Under the pieces are notes generated by a model. The model saw only the letters and a program-made list of their open reading frames with translations. It was not told the DNA's origin and made no database searches. From an uncultured Verrucomicrobiota bacterium (GTDB taxonomy: Bacteria > Verrucomicrobiota > Verrucomicrobiia > JABWAM01), in contig CAZZBZ010000001.1 in assembly GCA_964653025.1 (NCBI GenBank), positions 39,826 through 103,825 of the forward strand: a stretch of 64,000 nt of DNA. The letters run 5' to 3'. Every line of letters starts with the position of its first letter. Position 1 is the stretch's first letter. Positions 27,320 to 35,339 of this stretch are shown piece by piece. The position numbers were made by a program, and so were the translations under genes.

Positions 27320-28498
27320 TCAGGTTGGTTGTTTTTCGGATTTCGGGTTTCGGATTTCGTGTTTCCGCCCCGTTGGGGCGGCGGGGGCCTTGTAGCGGGC
27401 CAGAAAGTCGCGGCGGAAAACGCCAAACTTCCCGGCGCGGATCGCTTCGCGGATCCCACGCATCAGGGCGATATAGAACTGTAAATTATGCCAAGTGACC
27501 AGCCGTAAGGCGAGGATTTCCTCGGCATTAAAAAGATGGCGGATGTAGGCGCGGGAAAATCCGCGGCAGGCGGGGCATGGGCAGCCTTCCTGGATCGGAC
27601 CTTCGTCCTCGCGGTAGCGGCCCGCGCTGACGTGGAGGTAGCCGTCCGGCGTGAAGGCCACCCCGTTGCGTGCGACCCGCGTGGGGAGCACGCAATCGAA
27701 CATGTCCACCCCGCGCGCCACCATCTCGACCAGTTGCGGGGGAGAGCCAAGCCCCATCGCGTAGCGGGGGCGGTCCGAGGGAAGGTGGGGAACGCTCGCC
27801 TCGATGGCGTGCATCATCTCCGTCTCGGGTTCCCCGACGCTCACCCCACCGATCGCGTAACCGTCGAAACCGATCTCGACCAACCGGCGCGCACACTCTC
27901 CGCGGAGGGCGGCGTGGCTTCCTCCCTGCACGATCCCGAAGAGAAGGTTGGGAGAACCCGGGGCAAAGCGGACTTTCCAGTCGCGACATTCGGCGGCCCA
28001 GCGGAGGGAGCGTTCCACAGCCTCGCGAGCGACCGTCTCCTCGCAGGGCCAGGGAGGACATTCATCGAGGACCATCGCAATATCGGAGCCAAGCTTGTGC
28101 TGGATTTCCATCGCTTCCCGGGGCCCGAGGAAGCAGTCAGAGCCATCGAGGTGGGAGCGGAAGGCCACGCCGTGTTCCTGGACCGTTCGGAGGGGGGCGA
28201 GGCTGAAGACCTGGAAGCCGCCGCTGTCGGTGAGGATCGGCCTCCGCCAGCCCATGAAGCGGTGAAGACCACCCATGCGGGCCACCACGTCGGCCCCGGG
28301 GCGAAGGCTGAGATGGTAGGTGTTGGAGAGGAGAACCGAGACCCCGATCTCCTCAAGTTCGGAAGGTGCCATCGTCTTGACGGTACCCTGCGTGCCGACC
28401 GGCATGAAAACGGGAGTCTCGATCTCGCCGTGCGCGGTGCGCAGGCGGCCGAGGCGGAACCCCTCGGGGCCGGCGGTAACCTCAAAGGAGGCGGACAT
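27320..28498 (-). CDS. tgt: Queuine tRNA-ribosyltransferase (tRNA-guanine transglycosylase)
   Basis: MSASFEVTAGPEGFRLGRLRTAHGEIETPVFMPVGTQGTVK ... Zn-site CxCxxC (CPCPAC) ... H. The last ~20 codons (AAPTGRKHEIRNPKSEKQPT) are encoded by a heptamer array (27337-27368). Confidence 0.9.
   Translation of the reverse strand: MSASFEVTAGPEGFRLGRLRTAHGEIETPVFMPVGTQGTVKTMAPSELEEIGVSVLLSNTYHLSLRPGADVVARMGGLHRFMGWRRPILTDSGGFQVFSLAPLRTVQEHGVAFRSHLDGSDCFLGPREAMEIQHKLGSDIAMVLDECPPWPCEETVAREAVERSLRWAAECRDWKVRFAPGSPNLLFGIVQGGSHAALRGECARRLVEIGFDGYAIGGVSVGEPETEMMHAIEASVPHLPSDRPRYAMGLGSPPQLVEMVARGVDMFDCVLPTRVARNGVAFTPDGYLHVSAGRYREDEGPIQEGCPCPACRGFSRAYIRHLFNAEEILALRLVTWHNLQFYIALMRGIREAIRAGKFGVFRRDFLARYKAPAAPTGRKHEIRNPKSEKQPT
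27337..27368. repeat. Tandem heptamer array (GGATTTC GGGTTTC GGATTTC GTGTTTC), overlapping the 3' tail codons of tgt
   Basis: Read directly. Confidence 0.75.
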
Positions 28499-28508
28499 AC
28501 CCGGGACC

Positions 28509-30482
28509 TCAGCCTTCCGCGCGCGGGGCATGCGTGGCGGAGGAGCGCAGCAGGCGCAGGCTGTTGAAGACGACGAGGACCGTGCTTCCCTCGTGGCCGA
28601 TGACGCCGAGGGCGAGCTTCAGCTTGGCGAAGAAGGTTGCTGCGATAAGGGCGAAGATCACCCCGATGGCGAAGATGAGATTCTGGCGGATGATCGCCTG
28701 GGTGCGTCTCCCGAGGCGGATGATCTCCGGCACACGCTCGATGTCATCGCCCATGAGGACGACATCGGCGTTCTCCATCGCGGTGTCGCTCCCGCTTGCG
28801 CCCATCGCCACGCCGACGGAGGCGGTGACAAGTGCGGGCGCGTCATTCACGCCGTCGCCGACCATGGCGACGGTGCCGTGTTTTTCCATGAGCTCGCGGA
28901 CGGCCTCGACTTTCTGGTGAGGGAGGAGGCTGGCGCGGAAGTCCGATAGGCCGAGCTTCTTTGCAAACTCGGAGGCGGAGGCGTGGTGGTCGCCCGTGAG
29001 CATCACGGTCTGGATCCCCATCTGGGTGAGCTCCGAGATCGCGCGGATGGCGCCGGGACGGAGGCTGTCGGCAACGCCAAAAACGGCGAGAGGTCCCTGG
29101 CGAGCGGCGACGAGGCAGGTGAGACCGCGCGAGCGAAACTCCACGAGGGTGTCGCGGACCCAGGGTTGCATCCCGCCGTGGAGGCAGACGAAGGCTTCGC
29201 TTCCGACGCGGACCATCCCTCCCTTGACGACCCCCTCGACGCCCAGTCCGGGCCACATGCGACTTTCGGCGGCGCGCTCGAAGACGAGGCCCTGCCTTTT
29301 CGCCTCGTCCACGATCACCTGGGCGAGGGGGTGCTGGGAGTTGAGTTCGACGGCGGCGGCATCCCCGAGAATCGTCGAGGCATCGAGGCCGTCGGCGTAA
29401 CGCACCTCGGCGAGGCGTGGCTTGCCCTGGGTGAGGGTGCCGGTTTTGTCGAAGGCGACGGCCCGGCACTGGCCGAGGATCTCGATGGAGTGCCCTCCCT
29501 TGAAGAGCATGCCGCGGCGCGCGCCGCAGGCGATGGCGGCGAGCACGGCGGAGGGGATCGAGAGGACGAGGGCGCAGGGCGAGGCCACCACCATGAGGGT
29601 CATGGCGCGGTAGAGGCTGAGGTCCCAGCTCATGCCCACGAGAAAACGGGCGCCGAGGAAGGTGAGAAGCGTGCCCGCGAGGATGACCCAGGTGTAGGGT
29701 CCCCCATATTTCTCGATGAGGCGCTCGGTCGGGGCCTTCTGGTGCTGGGCTTCGTCAATGATACGGAAGATCTTGGCGAGCGCGGTGTCACTGGCCTCCC
29801 GGTCGGTCTTCACGCGGATCAGGCCATGCCCGTTGATGCTTCCCGCGAGGACACGTCGCCCGGGACCCTTGTCCACCGGCATGGCTTCGCCGGTGAGGCT
29901 GCTTTCGTCCACGGAGGTGATCCCGTCGAGGATCACGCCATCTCCCGCGATGCGCTCGCCGGGATGCACGAGGATCACGTCGCCGATGTGGAGGGAGGAG
30001 ACGGGGACGACCTCCTCCTTTCCGTCGCGCAGGACCGTGGCCTCCGAAGGGCTGAGCTTCATCAGGGAGCGGATCGCGCGGCGGGTGCGCCCACTCGCGT
30101 AGCCCTCGAGGGCACCGCTGAAGGAGAAGAGAAACATCAACACCGCGCCCTCCGCTTCGGCGCCAACGCAGGCCGCGCCAAGGGCGGCGAAGACCATCAG
30201 GAAGTTGACGTTGAATCGAAACCCGCGGAGATCCTTGAGTACGCCGAGCATCGGGAAAAACCCCCCCGTGAGATAGGAGAGGATGTAGAGGGCATGCGTG
30301 ACATGGAGGGGGAAGTCGGGCAGCGCGCGCTGGCCCATCCACCCGGCCACGAGCGCGGCGAGGCAGATGATCGAAAGGACGAACTGCACACGCAGTTGTC
30401 GGCGTTCGCCCACCTCATCGGCATCCACGGGCGCGGGGATGGATTTTTTCTCAGGACAACAGGAACCGAGGGATGAACTCAT
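28509..30482 (-). CDS. P1B-4-type heavy-metal (Co2+/Zn2+-type) translocating P-type ATPase
   Basis: DKTGTLT phosphorylation motif. GDGVNDAPAL. SPC motif in TM4 (VVASPCALVLS). HEGST in the last TM (GVIGHEGSTVLVVFN). No long N-terminal metal-binding domain, only CCPEKK near the N-terminus. Start at MSSSLGSCCPEK. Confidence 0.85.
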   Translation of the reverse strand: MSSSLGSCCPEKKSIPAPVDADEVGERRQLRVQFVLSIICLAALVAGWMGQRALPDFPLHVTHALYILSYLTGGFFPMLGVLKDLRGFRFNVNFLMVFAALGAACVGAEAEGAVLMFLFSFSGALEGYASGRTRRAIRSLMKLSPSEATVLRDGKEEVVPVSSLHIGDVILVHPGERIAGDGVILDGITSVDESSLTGEAMPVDKGPGRRVLAGSINGHGLIRVKTDREASDTALAKIFRIIDEAQHQKAPTERLIEKYGGPYTWVILAGTLLTFLGARFLVGMSWDLSLYRAMTLMVVASPCALVLSIPSAVLAAIACGARRGMLFKGGHSIEILGQCRAVAFDKTGTLTQGKPRLAEVRYADGLDASTILGDAAAVELNSQHPLAQVIVDEAKRQGLVFERAAESRMWPGLGVEGVVKGGMVRVGSEAFVCLHGGMQPWVRDTLVEFRSRGLTCLVAARQGPLAVFGVADSLRPGAIRAISELTQMGIQTVMLTGDHHASASEFAKKLGLSDFRASLLPHQKVEAVRELMEKHGTVAMVGDGVNDAPALVTASVGVAMGASGSDTAMENADVVLMGDDIERVPEIIRLGRRTQAIIRQNLIFAIGVIFALIAATFFAKLKLALGVIGHEGSTVLVVFNSLRLLRSSATHAPRAEG

Positions 30483-30571
30483 GGGCGGGGAGGATGACGG
30501 CCCGAATGGCGGGGGAAAAGCGAAAAACGATTCGCTTTGCCTTGGGCCCTGTTTTTCGCTTCCGTTCCAGC

Positions 30572-31561
30572 ATGGCGCCACGTCTTTCGAACCACGCCCT
30601 GGGGCGAGCGCGCAAGGTCCTCGACATCGAGGTCGAGGCCCTGAGGCAGGTGCGTCGCAACCTGGGCCCCTCCTTCCTGCGCGCGATCAGCCTGATGCGC
30701 GCCTGCGTGGAGGCGCGCGGAAAGATCGTGGTGAGCGGCATTGGGAAATCAGGGCTCATCGGCCACAAAATCTCCGCCACGCTGACAAGCACCGGGGCGC
30801 CCAGCGTCGTCCTCGACGCGACCGACGCCCTCCACGGCGATCTCGGCGTCCTCAACGAGGGCGACGTGGCGCTCCTTCTCAGCAACAGCGGGGAGACGGA
30901 TGAACTCCTGCGCATCCTGCCGGCCCTCAAGCGGCTCGATGCGCGAATCGTTTCCATTATCGGACGCGCCGGTTCCACCCTGGGACGGCACAGCGACGCG
31001 GTGCTCAATGCCCGTGTGACGCGCGAGGCCTGCCCGCATAATCTCGCCCCCACGGCGAGCACCACGGCGATGCTCGCGCTCGGGGACGCCCTCGCGATGG
31101 CGCTGCTCGAGGAGCGCGGCTTCCGCAAAGAGGATTTCGCCCGCTACCACCCCGCGGGCGCGCTGGGGCAGGCCCTGCTCCTCAAGGCGCGCGACCTCGT
31201 CCGCCCGCCGGGGCGCTGCGCGGTGGTGGGCCCGAAGTCCACGGTGTCCGAGGGGCTGTCGCTCATGGCAAAGGCCCGCTCGGGCTGCGTGATGGTTCGC
31301 GGCCAGGGCAACCGCCTCGCGGGAATTTTCACCCACGGAGATTTTGCGCGGCACTATGCGAAGAACCGGGACGTCGGAGGCGTCGCCCTTGGGAAGGTGA
31401 TGACCCGCCGACCGATCACGATCCGTGGCGACGCCCTCGCGGCGGAGGCGGTGCGCCTCCTTCGGCGCCACCAGATTGACGACCTCGTGGTCGTGGACGC
31501 GGGGCGTCGAATCGTGGGCCTGATCGATTCGCAGGACCTGCCGCGATTGCGCCTGGTGTGA
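30572..31561 (+). CDS. KpsF/GutQ/KdsD-family arabinose-5-phosphate isomerase (SIS domain + tandem CBS domains)
   Basis: SIS domain (GKIVVSGIGKSGLIGHKISATLTSTGAPS ... LLSNSGET). C-terminal CBS pair (ITIRGDALAAEAVRLLRRHQIDDLVVVD). Confidence 0.85.
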   Translation: MAPRLSNHALGRARKVLDIEVEALRQVRRNLGPSFLRAISLMRACVEARGKIVVSGIGKSGLIGHKISATLTSTGAPSVVLDATDALHGDLGVLNEGDVALLLSNSGETDELLRILPALKRLDARIVSIIGRAGSTLGRHSDAVLNARVTREACPHNLAPTASTTAMLALGDALAMALLEERGFRKEDFARYHPAGALGQALLLKARDLVRPPGRCAVVGPKSTVSEGLSLMAKARSGCVMVRGQGNRLAGIFTHGDFARHYAKNRDVGGVALGKVMTRRPITIRGDALAAEAVRLLRRHQIDDLVVVDAGRRIVGLIDSQDLPRLRLV

Positions 31562-31588
31562 AGGTTGTGGTAGGTAAACGCCCCCCCC

Positions 31589-32056
31589 ATGAACGAATCC
31601 TTCCTCGAAAAACTGCGTTTCAACGCCGATGGGCTCATTCCTGCCATCCTCCAGGAGCGGAAGACCGGCCGCATCCTCATGATGGCCTGGATGAACCGCG
31701 ACTCGCTCCTCAAGACGATCGAGACAAAGCGCACCTGGTTCTGGAGCCGCTCGCGGCAGAAGTACTGGATGAAGGGAGAATCGAGCGGGCACGTCCAGCG
31801 CGTCGAGAAGGTCTCCTTCGACTGCGACGGCGACACGCTCCTCATCGAGGTCGAGCAGGTGGGTGCCGCGTGCCACGAGGGCTACAAGAGCTGCTTCTTC
31901 CGAGATATTTCGGGCGAGGGAGAGATCTCCACCAACGACGAGCCCCTCGTAAAACCCGAGGTGGTTTACAAGGACAAGGTCCGCGAGGCCCGACGACAGG
32001 AAAAACAAAAGGACGGATCGGAAAGCTCGGTGGACCCGGGCCGCAGCACGGCCTGA
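31589..32056 (+). CDS. hisI: Phosphoribosyl-AMP cyclohydrolase
   Basis: [26 protein letters not shown] ... [19 protein letters not shown] ... [26 protein letters not shown]. About 40-aa Lys/Glu-rich C-terminal extension. Confidence 0.85.
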   Translation: MNESFLEKLRFNADGLIPAILQERKTGRILMMAWMNRDSLLKTIETKRTWFWSRSRQKYWMKGESSGHVQRVEKVSFDCDGDTLLIEVEQVGAACHEGYKSCFFRDISGEGEISTNDEPLVKPEVVYKDKVREARRQEKQKDGSESSVDPGRSTA

Positions 32057-32066
32057 CGAGATTTGC

Positions 32067-33203
32067 ATGCGGACGTCGCCTCCACCGGTCGGGACGCACC
32101 TTTTCATCGGGATTCCCGGTCCCGACCTCGACCCTCCCACAGCGGCACTCCTGCGCGCGGTGCGTCCCGGTGGGATCATCCTTTTCGGGCGCAACGTCCG
32201 CACCGCGCCCCGCCTCGCCCGTCTCACCGTACGCCTGAGAAAGCTCCTGGGGGAAGATCTGCTCATCTGCCTCGATCATGAGGGAGGGCGGGTGAACCGC
32301 CTCAAGGACCTGACGGGCGCTGTTCCTTCCGCCCCACAACTCGCGCACCTCGGGTCGGAAGCCCTGGCCCGCGAGCACGGCAAGCTGACCGGCCGACTCC
32401 TGCGGGAACTCGGAGTGAACACCAACCTCGCCCCCGTTCTGGACCTGTGGCTGCGTCCCGGCACGGATAACTCGGTGCCCGACCGCTGTTGGTCGCGCGC
32501 CCCGCGCACCGTCTCGCGGTTCGCCGGCGCGTTTCTCCGCGGCATGCAGGCCGAGGGCGTGCTGGGCTGCGGCAAGCACTTCCTCGGCTACGGGGCCGCG
32601 GACAAGGACCCGCACAAGGTCCTTCCGCGCGTGAATCGCTCCCGGGCGGAACTCGAGCGGGAGGACCTGCTCCCTTACGCGAAGCTGTGGAACGGAGGCG
32701 ACGGCCCACTTCGGATGATCATGCTTTCCCACGCCCACTTGCGCGCCTATCACCGCGGCCGCCTGACGCCAGCCTGCGTCTCCCCACGACTCGTGGGGAA
32801 CCTCCTTCGCCACAAGATGGGGTTCTCGGGGGTCACGATCACCGACGACCTCGAGATGGGGGCGATCACGCGGACGATGCCCATGGGCGAAGCGGTGGTC
32901 GGCTGCCTACGGAACGGAGTGGACCTCGTCCTGATCTGCCATACGGCAAAGGCGATCCGCGAGGGGCACCGTGCGGCGATGGCCGCAGCGCGAAAGGGAA
33001 TCTTGTGCGACGCGGACCTGACGCCTTCGCGGAAGCGCCTCGCGTGGCTGAAGGGGCAACTCGCGCCCTCTCCATTTTTTTCGGAGCGCCGCTTCGAGAC
33101 TGTGCTCCGCGACATTCGCCGCTTCACGACCCGGGTCTTCGCTCGTCTTCCCACAGATTTGAAAGTCATGGATGCCCGCTGGGGTCCGATCGGTGAGAAA
33201 TAA
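32067..33203 (+). CDS. Glycoside hydrolase family 3 N-terminal domain protein (beta-N-acetylhexosaminidase, NagZ-like)
   Basis: GH3 motif KHFLGYGAADKDPH (cf. KHFPGHG). Upstream RPGGIILFGRN, D-x-EGG ... Single-domain, about 378 aa, like NagZ. Confidence 0.75.
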   Translation: MRTSPPPVGTHLFIGIPGPDLDPPTAALLRAVRPGGIILFGRNVRTAPRLARLTVRLRKLLGEDLLICLDHEGGRVNRLKDLTGAVPSAPQLAHLGSEALAREHGKLTGRLLRELGVNTNLAPVLDLWLRPGTDNSVPDRCWSRAPRTVSRFAGAFLRGMQAEGVLGCGKHFLGYGAADKDPHKVLPRVNRSRAELEREDLLPYAKLWNGGDGPLRMIMLSHAHLRAYHRGRLTPACVSPRLVGNLLRHKMGFSGVTITDDLEMGAITRTMPMGEAVVGCLRNGVDLVLICHTAKAIREGHRAAMAAARKGILCDADLTPSRKRLAWLKGQLAPSPFFSERRFETVLRDIRRFTTRVFARLPTDLKVMDARWGPIGEK

Positions 33204-33284
33204 GAGAGGATTCACGCATCCGTTTTTGGGGGTCTGTCGAATCGGGTTGACTCCCTTGTGCAACGAGTGGAATTTCTCGCCCCC

Positions 33285-34292
33285 ATGAAGAATCCTGCTT
33301 GCGTCGCGATTTTGGGCGCCACCGGTGCGGTGGGCGTCGAGGTTTTGAAGACCCTCGAGAAGAGGAACTTTCCCGTCAAGGAACTCATCCTGCTCGCCTC
33401 GGGCCGCTCCGAGGGGAAGACCATGGAGTTCCGCGGCAAGAAGATCGCCGTGAAGGCGGTGACCCCGTCCTCTTTCGCGGGTGTGGATATTGCGATTTTC
33501 AGCGCAGGGGCGACCCGCTCCCGCGAGTTCGCTCCACATGCGGTGAAGGCGGGCGCGGTGGTCGTGGACAATTCCTCGGCTTTTCGCATGGATCCGGGGG
33601 TCCCGCTCGTGGTGCCGGAGGTGAACGGAGGCGACCTGACCCTTCACAAGGGGATCATCGCGAACCCGAACTGCTCGGCAGCGATCATGTGCGTGCCGCT
33701 CTGGCCGCTGCATCGCGCGGCGCGGATCCGTCGCATCGTGGTCTCCACCTACCAGGCCGCCAGCGGGGCCGGCGCGAAGGCGATGGCCGAGCTTGAGGCG
33801 CAGGCACGAGATGTGCTCGCCGGCAAGCCGGCGAAGAAGGAGGTGTTTCCCCACCAGATCGCGTTCAACGTATTCTCCCACAATACGAGCGTGGCCGACA
33901 ACGGCCTCAACGAGGAGGAGAACAAGATGATCGAGGAGACCCGGAAGATGTTCCACGAGCCGAACCTCTCCATCTGCCCCACCTGCATCCGTGTGCCGGT
34001 CTTCCGCGCACACGCGGAGAGCCTCGTGATCGAGACCGAGCGCAAGCTGGGGGTCGACGAGGCGCGTGCGATTCTTTCCCGTGCCCCCGGCGTGAAGCTG
34101 GTGGACGACCGTGCGAAAAACCACTTTCCGATGCCGATCGAGGCGACCGGACATGACGAGATTCTCGTCGGCCGCATCCGCGAAGACCCATCGATCCCGA
34201 ATGGCCTGGCGCTGTTCGTCGCCGGCGACCAGCTCCTCAAGGGCGCAGCGCTCAACGCCGTGCAGATCGCCGAGCTTCTTTTGAAGCGCTGA
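33285..34292 (+). CDS. asd: Aspartate-semialdehyde dehydrogenase
   Basis: VAILGATGAVGVEVLK ... NCSAAIMCVPLWPLH (active-site Cys) ... VSTYQAASGAG ... C-terminal ASADH dimerisation domain. Confidence 0.9.
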   Translation: MKNPACVAILGATGAVGVEVLKTLEKRNFPVKELILLASGRSEGKTMEFRGKKIAVKAVTPSSFAGVDIAIFSAGATRSREFAPHAVKAGAVVVDNSSAFRMDPGVPLVVPEVNGGDLTLHKGIIANPNCSAAIMCVPLWPLHRAARIRRIVVSTYQAASGAGAKAMAELEAQARDVLAGKPAKKEVFPHQIAFNVFSHNTSVADNGLNEEENKMIEETRKMFHEPNLSICPTCIRVPVFRAHAESLVIETERKLGVDEARAILSRAPGVKLVDDRAKNHFPMPIEATGHDEILVGRIREDPSIPNGLALFVAGDQLLKGAALNAVQIAELLLKR

Positions 34293-35339
34293 TCAGGGGA
34301 CCACCACCGGACGGTCGATCCAGAAAGGGAGCTGCATGCCGCGGCGGAAGGCGGCGAGGGATTTCGGCGAGGAGTTGATGCGGAGGTTACTCCAGGTCTC
34401 ATCGGCATTCTGCCAGCGTTCGTGCCAGTAGACCGCGGCCTTGAGGCGAGGATAGTCCCTCGGCATGCGGTCAAATGCCTCCTCGAAGAAGGCATCCTTA
34501 CTTCCCTGGTTTGGAAACTCCCCGACGCCCCACTCGGCAAACATGATTGGCTTGGTCGGGTGCAGTCTCACGATCTCGTCGTAGGGCATCCGCGCGACAT
34601 CCGTGAAGGTAAGCCAGCCTCCCTTGGAGTTTTGTTTTCCGTAAACACTGAGGCCAAGCCAGTCCACCACATCGTCCCCGGGGTAGTAGGTTTGTATGGT
34701 GTTCCACGAGGCGACCGGCCAGGAGTAGTTCTGGGCGTGGTAGACCCACTCCACGTTGCGGGCGCCCTCGGCGCGCACGATGCCGACGACTCGACGGTAG
34801 GCGGCGATAAAGCGTTCGGGGCCGTCGGCTTTCTTCGGGTCACCGAAGCGGCGGGTTTCCCCGCCGCCCTGCACGGGACCGCCCCACGGGAACCAGTCGC
34901 CGTTCATTTCGATCCCAAAGGCCACGAGGAGCGGGATGCGGGTCGCACGAGCCTTCCGCGCCCAGTCGCGGAGGTAAGCGTCGAACTTCCCCTCGATGAT
35001 CCGGTCGAGGGAATACTCGGGTTGGGGCTCGTTCTGGCGGTAGGGCGGCCCCCACGGCGACCAGAAGATGAGAGGGATGGCGTTTGCGCCCCGCACGACC
35101 TCGACCTGGGCGGAGGGAAATCCCTTCCGTCCCCAATAACTGGAAAAGGCGACGATCGCCTGGCGCCGCCCCGAAAGCTTCTCGAAGGCGGAGATGGTGG
35201 ACGGGGTCAGGTCGTCCTCGGCCTCGCCGAGATCCATGTAGGCGCCGACGTAGGCACCGCGCGGGGGGATGGCGAGGTGCTGGGCGAGAACCGCAAGCGT
35301 CGATGCAAGGAAGAGGATAAGGAAGGGAAGGCGTATCAT
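34293..35339 (-). CDS. Secreted glycoside hydrolase, GH26-like (clan GH-A), last gene of the EPS/exosortase cluster
   Basis: Signal peptide MIRLPFLILFLASTLAVLA. GAYVGAY ... ipLIfwspW ... GKFDAYLRDWA ... LLVAFGIEMNGDWFPWGG matches the GH26 core pattern (..R.gHE.NG.W.pWg). 4-bp overlap with the upstream synthase gene. Confidence 0.6.
   Translation of the reverse strand: MIRLPFLILFLASTLAVLAQHLAIPPRGAYVGAYMDLGEAEDDLTPSTISAFEKLSGRRQAIVAFSSYWGRKGFPSAQVEVVRGANAIPLIFWSPWGPPYRQNEPQPEYSLDRIIEGKFDAYLRDWARKARATRIPLLVAFGIEMNGDWFPWGGPVQGGGETRRFGDPKKADGPERFIAAYRRVVGIVRAEGARNVEWVYHAQNYSWPVASWNTIQTYYPGDDVVDWLGLSVYGKQNSKGGWLTFTDVARMPYDEIVRLHPTKPIMFAEWGVGEFPNQGSKDAFFEEAFDRMPRDYPRLKAAVYWHERWQNADETWSNLRINSSPKSLAAFRRGMQLPFWIDRPVVVP

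Noticed and set aside
18863-27368. CRISPR array
   Set aside because: The repeats are 7-bp tandem units without spacers, not 24-48-bp repeats separated by unique spacers. No cas genes are present.
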